From assembly GCA_025054735.1 (NCBI GenBank), contig JANWZG010000001.1, positions 1 through 58,198 of the forward strand: a stretch of DNA of 58,198 bases. Reading direction: 5' to 3'. This DNA comes from Cyanobacteriota bacterium (GTDB lineage: Bacteria > Cyanobacteriota > Cyanobacteriia > SKYG9). The notes beneath the pieces were generated by a model. That model was given only the letters and a program-made list of their open reading frames with translations. It was not told the origin of the DNA and did not search any database. Within the stretch, counting starts at the first letter, position 1. Each line of letters begins with the position of its first letter. A program made the position numbers and the translations under genes. Shown piece after piece: positions 30,565-39,877 of the stretch.

Positions 30565-31494
30565 ATGACCCGCAAACGCGACCAACCATTTCGTCAAATC
30601 AAGGCCCAGGGCCTAGATGCACTGTTTGGAGATGCACCACCACCAGCAGGTGAATACATTTCCCTAGACCAGATTGTTTTACCAGCGCAACAACCCCGTC
30701 GCTATTTCGACCCTCACAAGATGGCGCAACTGGTGCAGTCGGTGAAAACTCACGGCATCTTGGAGCCATTGATTGTGCGTCCTTTACCCGATGGTCGTTA
30801 TGAGTTAGTAGCCGGAGAGCGGCGCTATCGGGCTGCCCGTGAGGTGGGGTTAACGGAGGTGCCGATCGTCAAGCGTGACCTCACTGACCAAGAGGCACAG
30901 CAATTTGCCCTTGTGGAAAATCTTCAGCGGGAAGACCTAAACCCCGTCGAAGAAACAGAGGGAATTTTGCACCTGTTGGCCATTAACCTGAACTGTGAGA
31001 TTGCTGACGTGTCATCCCTGCTCTATCGCATGAACAATGCTGCCTTAGGAAACATTAAGGAAGAATCTAATCATAACGTTATGATTAGCGACGAGGCGAC
31101 GATCGTCCAGGATGTGTTTCAAGGCTTAGGGCTAATGAGCTGGGAATCATTTGTACGCAATCGCCTCCCCCTGCTGAAGTTACCTGAAGACGTACTAGAG
31201 GCATTGCGCCAAGGCCAGCTTGCCTATACTAAAGCCAAGGAAATTGCCCGCATTAAGGACTCTACATTACGGCAAGAACTGCTACAAACCGCGATCGCGG
31301 AGGATTTATCTCTCGCTGATATCCGCACTCGCATTGCTGAACGGATGACCAAGCTAGAAACTACTCCACCATCATCCCTAAAGCAACGGTTCAAGACTAT
31401 CGTTCGGCAAGTCAGTAAATCTAACCTTTGGGATGACCCCAAAAAAAGCAAGCAACTGGAAAAACTGTTGTCGCAATTAGAGGCAATGCTGTAA
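30565..31494 (+). CDS. parB: ParB/Spo0J-family partition protein
   Basis: The start is placed at ATG 30565 (MTRKRDQPF...GLDALFG); the track ORF starts at GTG 30526. It has ParB box motifs (GILEPLIVRP, YELVAGERRYRAAREVGL, VENLQREDLNP). Confidence 0.9.
   Translation: MTRKRDQPFRQIKAQGLDALFGDAPPPAGEYISLDQIVLPAQQPRRYFDPHKMAQLVQSVKTHGILEPLIVRPLPDGRYELVAGERRYRAAREVGLTEVPIVKRDLTDQEAQQFALVENLQREDLNPVEETEGILHLLAINLNCEIADVSSLLYRMNNAALGNIKEESNHNVMISDEATIVQDVFQGLGLMSWESFVRNRLPLLKLPEDVLEALRQGQLAYTKAKEIARIKDSTLRQELLQTAIAEDLSLADIRTRIAERMTKLETTPPSSLKQRFKTIVRQVSKSNLWDDPKKSKQLEKLLSQLEAML
31067..31088. promoter_or_regulatory. Second candidate parS: perfect 22-bp palindrome CTAATCATAACGTTATGATTAG inside parB
   Basis: Read directly. 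It encodes ...SNHNVMIS... in ParB. Confidence 0.55.
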
Positions 31495-31535
31495 CCCTCA
31501 CTGCCATATGCGCTCTAGCATCATTGTTCCACTAG

Positions 31536-31934
31536 TCAGGTTGGCAACCAGGAAACATGGGCAGAGATAATGCGCCAGCCTACACCAGGGAAACGATGCC
31601 AAAGCTGGGTCTGACGACCATTATGCGGCGGCTTACCCACAACACCGCCATAGAACTCTAGGGTGACCATAGCTACATCAGTGCCGATCGCCAACACCTT
31701 GAAGTTTTTTACCTCTCGCTGAATTCGCAACGTTGCTGGCCCTCTCGCTTGCCGAAAGGCTCGGATAGCCTCAATGCCGTATAAGTTCTCAGTGGCACCA
31801 AAGCGGATAACGTCAGGGGAATCCCAAAATAGAGCATCCATGGTCTCTAAATCGTTCTCACACAATGCGGTTTCATAGCGCTGATACAGAGCAGTGACCT
31901 CAGCTATAATCGCAGGTTGATTGATCTCCATCAT
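31536..31934 (-). CDS. HpxZ/AtzH-like NTF2-fold protein (DUF3225)
   Basis: 132 aa. EINQPAIIAEVTALYQRYE...NLYGIEAIRAFRQAR...WRIISAHVS closely follows the HpxZ pattern as remembered. Confidence 0.7.
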   Translation of the reverse strand: MMEINQPAIIAEVTALYQRYETALCENDLETMDALFWDSPDVIRFGATENLYGIEAIRAFRQARGPATLRIQREVKNFKVLAIGTDVAMVTLEFYGGVVGKPPHNGRQTQLWHRFPGVGWRIISAHVSWLPT

Positions 31935-33178
31935 GGGTTACAGAATCGTTCCTCTGCTAAACATGCCAATTCAGCCTGCAACACTGCTTGCATATCTGCA
32001 TCTCCTTGGTTTTGAGCAAGCTGCAATGCTCTCGTGTAATAGTTACCTGCCAAGATCGTTAACCCAACTTGCTGATGCAGTTCTCCTAAGCGTCGGTATA
32101 CTGCTATGGATTGGTCATCGCGTCTGGTTAGGGATGTTAACTCTGCGATCGCATTGGTAATGAAAAAATTCTCAGCCCAAATCTGAGTGCGTGCCAGCGT
32201 CTTCGCCACTGGTGTTAGTGGTTGATTCGATACTTGAGTTACTCTGTCAAGCCGATCTAGGTTGCTTTTGGCGTTGCTGAGTTCGTTGGTTGCAGTGCTA
32301 AAGTCTTGCACAATAAACTGTTGACGATCGACATGAGCAGCAGCCATGTTATCAGACACATACAAGGTATAGCGAGTAGGGGGCAATTGCCCTGGGTAAT
32401 CCACCCTTGTAGTAGATAGTTGCGTTTGCCAAAAGACATCGCTGCGTTCAAGACTGATCAGATAGCGAGATGCTGTCGCCACACCACGCCAACTCAGCAT
32501 CAGTTTTTTAGCTACCGTTGGTGGACTGGTTATCGGTAGAGCCTGTTCCTGCCGCAAAAGAAATCCCTTATCTCCATAAGCCTCTACCACAAAGCGATAG
32601 TTGCCTGCTGACAGTCTAGGGTCACGATCACTGGTCGGATAACTGAGTTGAGTGGTAATGGTTTCTCCTTCTGCAAAGGGCACCGACTTAAACCAGGGTA
32701 CTTGAAACAATTTCACCTGATAACTCGCGGCCCGATTTGGCCCATACCAGGCCAATGTGGGCCTAGCCCCGACAACGATCGTCTGTCGAGGGGTAATGAT
32801 GTAAGGTTTGCTTGCGTCACGGCCACTCGTTGGGTCACCAATCTGAAATAGCGATAGCTCTGTAGAACGAGCATTAGAAGCAACGCTGGGGCAAATTTGT
32901 ACAAAACCGCGGGTATTGCCGTCAGCCGGAGCCGCGATCGGTAACCCATTTGGACACTGCACCATGGCAATTGCTCCTGGTGGCACCCTCAACAAATCAC
33001 CAGCCCGGAGGGTTTGACCAGCTTGGGGCTTGCGGAATTCACCCCGTCCTTGCGGCTTGATCAGCACACCTCCACTAAACTGCACAATTTGCCCAGTAGG
33101 TCTACGCCCTGCTGCAACGGCACTATTGGCAACAGTAACCAAAACCATCACCGTGCAAATGCAAACCTTTGTGTTCAT
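31931..33178 (-). CDS. Secreted hypothetical protein with a C-terminal TPR-like region
   Basis: The start is placed at ATG 33178 (MNTKVCICTVMVLVTVANSAVAA, a signal peptide). This overlaps the stop of the upstream gene (ATGA). The track ORF extends to 33268. Confidence 0.5.
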   Translation of the reverse strand: MNTKVCICTVMVLVTVANSAVAAGRRPTGQIVQFSGGVLIKPQGRGEFRKPQAGQTLRAGDLLRVPPGAIAMVQCPNGLPIAAPADGNTRGFVQICPSVASNARSTELSLFQIGDPTSGRDASKPYIITPRQTIVVGARPTLAWYGPNRAASYQVKLFQVPWFKSVPFAEGETITTQLSYPTSDRDPRLSAGNYRFVVEAYGDKGFLLRQEQALPITSPPTVAKKLMLSWRGVATASRYLISLERSDVFWQTQLSTTRVDYPGQLPPTRYTLYVSDNMAAAHVDRQQFIVQDFSTATNELSNAKSNLDRLDRVTQVSNQPLTPVAKTLARTQIWAENFFITNAIAELTSLTRRDDQSIAVYRRLGELHQQVGLTILAGNYYTRALQLAQNQGDADMQAVLQAELACLAEERFCNP

Positions 33179-34545
33179 CGTCTCTCCCCATTTGATTTTG
33201 TTGACTCCGTGCGGCCACCATCTGCACTGGGCTGTGATTTCATATAGACTTGGGCTGCACCTACCCACTGATCAGCCTCAGGCAAGCTAGGATTTGCATA
33301 CTGAATACACCGCTCCCACTCTGTTGCAATGTCCTTAGTTTTCTGTAGGGCAGTGTATACCTGTGCCCGCAGGCAATGGGCAGACCCCAAGCTATCTTCA
33401 AGTGCAGGAAGCACAGATGTGTCAGATCTGCTAGAGCTATGGGCTACCTGGTTGTCTTGACTCGCTGTGTCAGAGGGCTGTCCTTGGTCACCGGGTTGTG
33501 AGCTACTGGCTAACGCGATCGCTTGTGTTAGGTATGCATCCGCTTCAGCATAGCGTTTTTGTCCATACCGTGCCCAGCCCATATTTTTATACCAAGCCAT
33601 CTGCACTTGGGGAACACGGGCAACTTCCTGCGCTACCTCTGGTTGTTGCAGCCCAGTCCACAGAATCCGAAAAGCTTCAGAATAGTTTCCTTCAATGTTA
33701 TAAATGCGCGATAGGTTATTGAAGGCAAGGGCTTCACCACCTTGAACAGCTAACCGATACTGCTCGGTAGCTTTGCCTAACTCACCCAAATCTTCATAAA
33801 GTGACCCTAGCTTAGCGTTGCAAACCACCATCTGGGGCCATAGGTCTAGGGCACGTTTGTAGTTTGCTTCCGCTAGACTAAACTGTCCGTCTTTTCGTTG
33901 AGTGTCGGCTTTTGTCATGTAACCTTTCGCAATTACCGGTAGGGAAAGTCGGAACCCTAACAAGCTAACTAGCAACACCAAAGACATCAGGGCTTGGGTC
34001 TCGCGCCAAAGATAGGGAGGAATCCGCAGGCTAGTGAGCACCGTTTGGATGATTTTGCGTCCTTGCTCGGTCAGTGCCCCACCAGTTAACAGCGCCATGG
34101 CACTCTGCCCCACGATAGCGAAGGAACCAAAGGTATCGGGCACGGTTGCCAAAAATTTGCTGGAAATATCCACCAATAAGCTGACGGATGGTGTAAGCAA
34201 CAACAGGGTTAGCCCTTGCCATGCCCAGTCAAAGCGATCGAGCCGATGAGTTACTGGCTCTAGATGCCACCACCAGTTGCCCTCTGGGGGTTTCAAGCTA
34301 ATCCGCACGGACTCTAGATCAATCGCACTGAGAAACTTGTCACGCCCATTGCGCAGCCGACTATCTAGCTGAATGAGCTGTACCAGGTTGGCAGTCGAAT
34401 TATCAGCCATCAGCATAGATTGCACCCGATCGCGCACCCTCAAAACAGCCAACGCCTCCTCAGCACCGGGCTTTTCTGACTTCTCTAGCGTTGTTAAGGC
34501 AAGATCATAGGCCGCTAGAACAGACTCAAACTCAGAGGAAGACAT
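33175..34545 (-). CDS. Membrane protein with a cytoplasmic N-domain, about 4 TM helices and a C-terminal TPR domain
   Basis: 456 aa with hydrophobic segments (GLTLLLLTPSVSLLV, FAIVGQSAMALLTGG, ALMSLVLLVSLLGF) followed by TPR-like repeats (AEANYKRALDLWPQ...). Confidence 0.5.
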   Translation of the reverse strand: MSSSEFESVLAAYDLALTTLEKSEKPGAEEALAVLRVRDRVQSMLMADNSTANLVQLIQLDSRLRNGRDKFLSAIDLESVRISLKPPEGNWWWHLEPVTHRLDRFDWAWQGLTLLLLTPSVSLLVDISSKFLATVPDTFGSFAIVGQSAMALLTGGALTEQGRKIIQTVLTSLRIPPYLWRETQALMSLVLLVSLLGFRLSLPVIAKGYMTKADTQRKDGQFSLAEANYKRALDLWPQMVVCNAKLGSLYEDLGELGKATEQYRLAVQGGEALAFNNLSRIYNIEGNYSEAFRILWTGLQQPEVAQEVARVPQVQMAWYKNMGWARYGQKRYAEADAYLTQAIALASSSQPGDQGQPSDTASQDNQVAHSSSRSDTSVLPALEDSLGSAHCLRAQVYTALQKTKDIATEWERCIQYANPSLPEADQWVGAAQVYMKSQPSADGGRTESTKSNGERR

Positions 34546-34616
34546 AGGCCAAGTTGTAAATGCACGATTGTCACTAGTGTATAGCCTACATAGCTATTAC
34601 CGCCGGTTAACTGTTG

Positions 34617-35336
34617 TTACCGTTGGGATGTCTGTAGCCGTAACGTCTGGAGCAGTCGCAATGTTTCTTGATAGCGTGCCATTTCTCCTTGCTGCTGATA
34701 CAGTTCACTAGCCCGCTGGAGGTCAGCTAGTGCCCGTTGACGATCGCCCAAGCGCCGATAGGTGTTACCTCGGTTGTAGTAGGCGTTGGCATAGTTTGCG
34801 TCAATGCGAATCGCTTGGGTGTAATCGGCGATCGCACCCTGAGCATCCCCACTATCGTCCTTAGCGTTACCGCGGTTCAGGTAAGCAGCCGCATAGTTGG
34901 GTTGCAGGCGAATCGCTTGGGTGTAGTCGGCGATCGCACCCTTCATATCAGCCAAATCATAGCGAACTGTTGCCCGGTTATAGTAGGCATTGGCCATCGC
35001 CTGACCCTCCCAGTTTTGGTTCACTTGAATGGCCGCAGAAAAGTCAGCCAGCGCTGCCTGCTTGTTCCCCAGCTTGTAGTAAGCAATACCCCGGTTGTAG
35101 TAGGCCGGAGAAAATTTAGGTTGCAGGCGAATCGCTTGGGTATAGTCGGCGATCGCCCCTTGCAAATCACCCCGCTCGGCCTTATCTACTCCCCGATTCA
35201 TCAATTCAACAGCATTCACCTGAGTCACCTGTGCCAGCACAGGCATCACATTGCTAGCTGGTAGCTCACCCAATATCCAGACTGCCCCTGCCAACATCGC
35301 AGAGCAATATACCTGCTTCATCATCGGCAACACCAC
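34617..35336 (-). CDS. Secreted TPR-repeat protein
   Basis: 239 aa with a signal peptide, then 5-6 TPR units with the recurring consensus GAIADYTQAIRLQPNYAxAYxNRG. Confidence 0.8.
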   Translation of the reverse strand: MVLPMMKQVYCSAMLAGAVWILGELPASNVMPVLAQVTQVNAVELMNRGVDKAERGDLQGAIADYTQAIRLQPKFSPAYYNRGIAYYKLGNKQAALADFSAAIQVNQNWEGQAMANAYYNRATVRYDLADMKGAIADYTQAIRLQPNYAAAYLNRGNAKDDSGDAQGAIADYTQAIRIDANYANAYYNRGNTYRRLGDRQRALADLQRASELYQQQGEMARYQETLRLLQTLRLQTSQR

Positions 35337-35545
35337 GATCGCACATTTACTATTCGTAACAATCTAAGGGACTATATCACGTTTGACCAATTTGGCAAAA
35401 ACTCTCCCCGTCTCCTTGTTATGAATCGTCACTAATTGCTAGCAGTACAATCGTTGCACCTGTGTCTTCACCTGCGTTATTTGACTATATATGAGGTTTT
35501 TTCTGATACCTATCGCCATCAATAATCCATTGGATCCTACTCAAC

Positions 35546-35947
35546 TCACTCAGTAATTTGCTGCCACAAACTAGCAACGTCTATTTCATCCCAACACTCC
35601 ACAATTTTGTTGTCTCGGATTCTATAAATCACGATTCCAGAAAACTCTACATATCGGTTAGTAGGAGCAACACCATGAAACATTTTCCTGTGGGTTCCCC
35701 TTGTGGTGACGCGCAGCACAACTCTATCATTTTCAGCAATTAAGTCCTCTATGGCATAGTTGGCATCAGGAAATGCATCCACAAATGCTAATTCCAACCG
35801 TTGAAGTTCGTGAAAACCAATCAAACCACGTCTACTATGTCCAATAAAGTTGGAAGCAATATAGTCTTCAAAACTATCAGAAAATCCACGATTACCATTA
35901 GTAATCCAACGTTTAATGAGATCTTTATTGCTTTCTTGATCTGTCAT
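35546..35947 (-). CDS. SnoaL-like/ester-cyclase family protein
   Basis: 133 aa with NKDLIKRWITNGN...FIGH...AIEDLIAENDRVVLRVTTRGTH...IYRIRDNKIVECW. It lies in a low-GC stretch. Confidence 0.6.
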   Translation of the reverse strand: MTDQESNKDLIKRWITNGNRGFSDSFEDYIASNFIGHSRRGLIGFHELQRLELAFVDAFPDANYAIEDLIAENDRVVLRVTTRGTHRKMFHGVAPTNRYVEFSGIVIYRIRDNKIVECWDEIDVASLWQQITE

Positions 35948-35974
35948 GAGTTGTCTAGAAATTCTGTAGAGATA

Positions 35975-36421
35975 CTAAACTTTTGCTGATTCAACTATTT
36001 GAATTCCATACTTCTCAAGAATTACAGGCAGCCTAGGTAAATCATCAGGCAAATTTTTAATATGTTCTGAGGTTTCTATAAAGAAGTCATCAATAGCACC
36101 TCCAATCGTCCATGCAAGAAACTTGATGGATTGACCAGACTTGTTCCTATATCCGTGTGGTATTCCTACAGGAACATGCACAAAGTCACCTGGTTCCACT
36201 GTAAACTCAGCATCATCTACATACATGATCATTGACCCTTCTAGCATGTAGTAGCTTTCTTCTTCTTGAGCATGGGTATGGGGAGGAACAAAGCCATTAG
36301 GTGGAACATCAACGGTGACCACAACCATGCGGTTAGGAGAGTGCTCAGATCTTAATTTGATGCACACCGTATCACTCAAAACTTGTACACGTTGACCTTC
36401 TTCACGCTTCAGCACTGTCAT
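35975..36421 (-). CDS. Cupin-domain protein
   Basis: 148 aa with cupin motifs (PPHTHAQEEESYYMLEG and GDFVHVPVGIPHGYRN). Confidence 0.75.
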   Translation of the reverse strand: MTVLKREEGQRVQVLSDTVCIKLRSEHSPNRMVVVTVDVPPNGFVPPHTHAQEEESYYMLEGSMIMYVDDAEFTVEPGDFVHVPVGIPHGYRNKSGQSIKFLAWTIGGAIDDFFIETSEHIKNLPDDLPRLPVILEKYGIQIVESAKV

Positions 36422-36993
36422 AATTTTCCGCTTTTCCCTAAGGCTAATGCTCCAACAACCCAGTGTTTAGAGCTAACGTCTAGAGATACGCACACCTAGG
36501 AATCCTGGATCTTTGGGTTCTAACGTAATTTGCTGAATAGCATTGTGACTGTACAAACAAATTTTGCTATCTGAGCACAAGGTCAGCATGTGACACCTTG
36601 GTGAATCGAAGGTGAAATGTAGAGGATAGTTCCTATCCAGGATAGGCAACCCCAAGCCCGCTATGCTGATTGCAGGAGACAATGCGATCGCCGCAGCAAC
36701 GATCGTCAGCTTACGCCAAGGACTGGACTGGGAACCTGTAGATTGTTGGCAACCTAGCCATGAGTTTTCACTTGGAACCTATGACCTTGCTGTGGATTCA
36801 CATGGCAAGAGTGCAAGGGTTGGGTTTGGAGTTTGTCTAGGCAAGACTACAACGGTAGCTTGCGATCATGAAGCTTGCAATCATAAAAAGTGGGTGCAAG
36901 GGGAGTCATGTATCCCTTACACCCATCTACTTCACTATCCTTGGTTCATCTAGAAATCACGACAATCCATCGTTGTTGACTTCTCACTGGATA

Positions 36994-37455
36994 CTAGTTC
37001 GCTTCAGTTGGCACATCGCCCACGTTCACTTTCACCACGCGGTTGATGACCTCAGGTGCCTTGGGCAGAATTAGAGTCAACACACCATGCTCCAGACTAG
37101 CTTGGACGTTAGTGTTGTCTACGGGCATCGGTAGCGCTACCACCCGGCGGAACTTGCCATAGGTAAACTCAGAGCGATGATATCCCTTGGTTTCTTCTGC
37201 ATCGCTGCGGTAGTCGCCACTAATCAACACAGACTCACGAGTGACTTGGATATCAAGGTCTTCTTGGCGAACACCAGGCAACAGGGCGCGTACCTTCAGG
37301 GCTTCAGGCAACTCCTTAATTTCTACAGCCGGAACCCAAGGGGCACGATTGCCGTTACTGTGGTTGCCATTAGGGGTTAGGTCTTCAAACAGTTGGTCAA
37401 TCTGACGTTGTAGAGAGCCAAATTCCACGATCGGTTGCCAGCGCATTACTACCAT
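36994..37455 (-). CDS. hspA: Hsp20/alpha-crystallin small heat-shock protein
   Basis: The start is placed at ATG 37455, preceded by AAGGAGA; the track ORF extends to 37530. It reads MVVMRWQPIVEFGSLQRQIDQLFEDL...EHGVLTLILPK. Confidence 0.88.
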   Translation of the reverse strand: MVVMRWQPIVEFGSLQRQIDQLFEDLTPNGNHSNGNRAPWVPAVEIKELPEALKVRALLPGVRQEDLDIQVTRESVLISGDYRSDAEETKGYHRSEFTYGKFRRVVALPMPVDNTNVQASLEHGVLTLILPKAPEVINRVVKVNVGDVPTEAN

Positions 37456-37585
37456 AGCGTTTTCTCCTTGCGTTCCCATCATGCGGGTTAACTTACACTT
37501 CTCATAGTGCAACGCAACACTGATAGACAACAGTCAGGAGAACCCACCAGAGTAGGGGATAGTTACCGAATAGGTTTTAGGTTCT

Positions 37586-37642
37586 AGGTGATAGGTGCGA
37601 GGTGCGAGGCTTGTCCCCCAACACCTAACACCTAACACCTAA
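37586..37642. repeat. Heptamer tandem repeats (ACACCTA x3) facing imperfect inverted copies (AGGTGAT AGGTGCG AGGTG), giving a long imperfect hairpin
   Basis: Right arm is 37622-37640 and left arm is 37586-37604. Hand alignment gives 16 of 19 complementary positions. The right arm abuts the stop codon (37643-37645) of the 557-aa gene. Confidence 0.6.
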
Positions 37643-39316
37643 CTACTGCCGCTTGAAAGCATCAATCCACTGGCGAATTTGCTCGGCGGCTATATCTCGT
37701 CCACCCAAACCAAAGGCAATGGCAACAGCGACGGCGATCGACCCTAGAATGAGGCCAAATGCCAAGTTAACAATGTTGGTAGCAATGCCAATCTGTTGTA
37801 ACGACATAGCAATCACAAAAGCAATGATCACAATGCGGGCAGTTTGTGCCAAGACGCGGGCTTGTCCGCTACCAGAGCTAGCAATGAGCCGGAATACGAG
37901 GTTCGCCAAGTAGAGGCCTACGCCAAAAACCAGTACACCGACCAGAACCCGACCGAGAATAGCCATCAAACCTGCCATCAAGACAGATAGTTCCTTGAAT
38001 TGCAGGATGTTGATTGCAAACAGAACAGCAAACAGCATAATGCCAACCAGGACGATCGTGCCCACAATTTCTGATGGCGTGCGCACTGGAACATCCCCCG
38101 TGGCAGGTTGACCCTCCGCTGGAGCATCTACTGGTTGCTGAGGAGCTACTGGTGTAGGTAGCCCCAACCACGTAAATACATTATTGAAACCAACAGCAGC
38201 CAAGATGCTGGCTACTAAGTCCCCTAGGTAACGCCCAACTACAAAGGCCACCACAAGGGTGAGAATAGCAGCAAACACCTGCGGCAAGGTATCAAAGGTC
38301 TGCTGAAGCATGGACTTTGCTGGCTCAGAAATACCCTGAATGTCCAGTTCTTCTAATGCTGCTACACCGACGACAATCAAAATCAGGGTGTAGACCACCG
38401 TACCGATAATCCAAGAGGGAGATTGCCTACCAGCCTCAGGACTGAGGCCAGCCCGCGCTCCTGCTTGGTCAATCCCGGTTGCTGACAGCAGGTTGCTGAT
38501 AAATCCACGAGAAATGCGGGCAGCTACCCAACCAACCACAGCAATAATAACGGCGGTGACAATTCGCGGTACTGCTGCCAAAATTTGCCTGAGCAGGTTT
38601 TCTAGGGGTTGCAGTTGCTGTTGCAGGCCAAGGGTGCCCAGGGCGAAATAGAGGGCAAATACTAGAATGAACCAAAATAGGGCATTGCCTAAAGTTTCGT
38701 TTAACAAGAGGGGACTAGACTCAGCCGTTGCACCGAGCGCTTCATTTAGGCGATCGTCTAGGCGAAAAGTTTGCAAGCCACGGGTTAGTAGCAGCTTTAC
38801 CCCCGTTGCCAACAGCCAGCCACCAGCCAACCACGCAACGGCTGCACCAAACTGAGGCAAATAGGCAAAAATCTTGTTGAGAAAACTATTTAGTGGTTGA
38901 GACACAACCTCTAGCTGGAGAGCGTTGAGGAACGCTACCAATACAAACAGCATGACAATCCAAAAGACGATCGTCGCGCCCCATTTTTCTGCTGAGGGTG
39001 CCGAGGCACTTTGCTGTCCCTGCTGTCCCTTAAACCAAGCGGCGATATTGTCATCAATTTTTGTCTGATGTAACAGTGACTTGGTAATTGCTGCAGCAAC
39101 GATCGCAATAATCCAGCCAACGATCAGAATTGCGATCGCTGACAATAGATTAAGAGCAACCTTTACAGGCTCTGAATTGAGAAAGTCTTGTGATAAACCA
39201 AAAATACCAGATGCCGATGATGCGCCGTCAGCTTGAGCCAACAGCAAACCTTGAAGCATCATGGGCATTGTTAAGCCAAATGCTTGGATAGTCCCATCCA
39301 TAGTTTTTTCAACCAT
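37643..39316 (-). CDS. Polytopic membrane protein with repeated 'conserved TM helix' units (CmpX/MscS-associated type)
   Basis: 557 aa with four or more recurrences of the pattern LPxxxxAxxxLxxGWxxAxxxxxxxxxxL. Confidence 0.5.
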   Translation of the reverse strand: MVEKTMDGTIQAFGLTMPMMLQGLLLAQADGASSASGIFGLSQDFLNSEPVKVALNLLSAIAILIVGWIIAIVAAAITKSLLHQTKIDDNIAAWFKGQQGQQSASAPSAEKWGATIVFWIVMLFVLVAFLNALQLEVVSQPLNSFLNKIFAYLPQFGAAVAWLAGGWLLATGVKLLLTRGLQTFRLDDRLNEALGATAESSPLLLNETLGNALFWFILVFALYFALGTLGLQQQLQPLENLLRQILAAVPRIVTAVIIAVVGWVAARISRGFISNLLSATGIDQAGARAGLSPEAGRQSPSWIIGTVVYTLILIVVGVAALEELDIQGISEPAKSMLQQTFDTLPQVFAAILTLVVAFVVGRYLGDLVASILAAVGFNNVFTWLGLPTPVAPQQPVDAPAEGQPATGDVPVRTPSEIVGTIVLVGIMLFAVLFAINILQFKELSVLMAGLMAILGRVLVGVLVFGVGLYLANLVFRLIASSGSGQARVLAQTARIVIIAFVIAMSLQQIGIATNIVNLAFGLILGSIAVAVAIAFGLGGRDIAAEQIRQWIDAFKRQ

Positions 39317-39469
39317 TAAAGAGCAGCATTGTTTGTGAAATCACCAACAACACGCCTATAGCTTGCAAGTTCACCGCACCTGAGTCAAGTAGCCAGTGAA
39401 CTAAGTCCAGCAAAAGTTAACAAATTTGTCATTTACCCAATCGGTGATAGACAGAAACCTAACAGTTAA

Positions 39470-39877
39470 TTACTCATCTTTGCTAGGCGCTAACCCAGGC
39501 ACAGCAGCAGCAGCAGGGAGAGTCACCTTTGCAGCATCTTTAGTCTCGATGTAACCAACATACATAGCTCCAGGGGCAATATCTAAAGCATTGGCAACCA
39601 CGTCACCCTCTAGCCGTGCCGTGCCACTCAGGAGCAATTCACCCGTCAGTGTGACCCTAGCTTTGACTACACCATGCACAACCAAATTATGAGCACGGAT
39701 TTCTGGGCCTTCCACTAACCCAGTAGCGGTAACTTCCATCGTTCCTAGAACTTCGACCGTGCCATGAATAATACCATCAACTCGCAGGTTACCCTCAACG
39801 TGGAGGTTTCCCTGAAACTCGCTCGCAGCGGCGATATAGGTTAAAGGGCTAGTTGGGGTTTGCTTTCGTCTCAGCAT
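39470..39877 (-). CDS. Bactofilin-family cytoskeletal protein
   Basis: It has beta-helix repeats (FQGNLHVEGNLRVDGIIHGTVEVLGTMEVTATGLVEG...). ATG 39877 is preferred over the TTG at 39901 used by the track. Confidence 0.7.
   Translation of the reverse strand: MLRRKQTPTSPLTYIAAASEFQGNLHVEGNLRVDGIIHGTVEVLGTMEVTATGLVEGPEIRAHNLVVHGVVKARVTLTGELLLSGTARLEGDVVANALDIAPGAMYVGYIETKDAAKVTLPAAAAVPGLAPSKDE

Noticed and set aside
30335-30568. Track ORF of 77 aa filling the parA-parB spacer.
   Set aside because: It has no motif and overlaps the parB start. The similarity-like signal in the spacer spans two frames, so it was reported as a low-interest finding, not as a gene.
36473-36953. Small ORFs between the cupin gene and hspA (36473-36682 minus, with a signal-peptide-like ...KLTIVAAAIALSPAISIAGLG; 36663-36953 plus).
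   Set aside because: TTG or absent starts, a possible frameshift upstream and no recognisable domain. They are left unannotated rather than guessed.
37456-37530. A possible RNA thermometer in the hspA 5' leader (TTGCGTT could pair with AACGCAA next to the AAGGAGA Shine-Dalgarno).
   Set aside because: Only a 7-bp pairing with a ~36-nt loop. It does not occlude the SD itself and has no fourU or ROSE-like motif.
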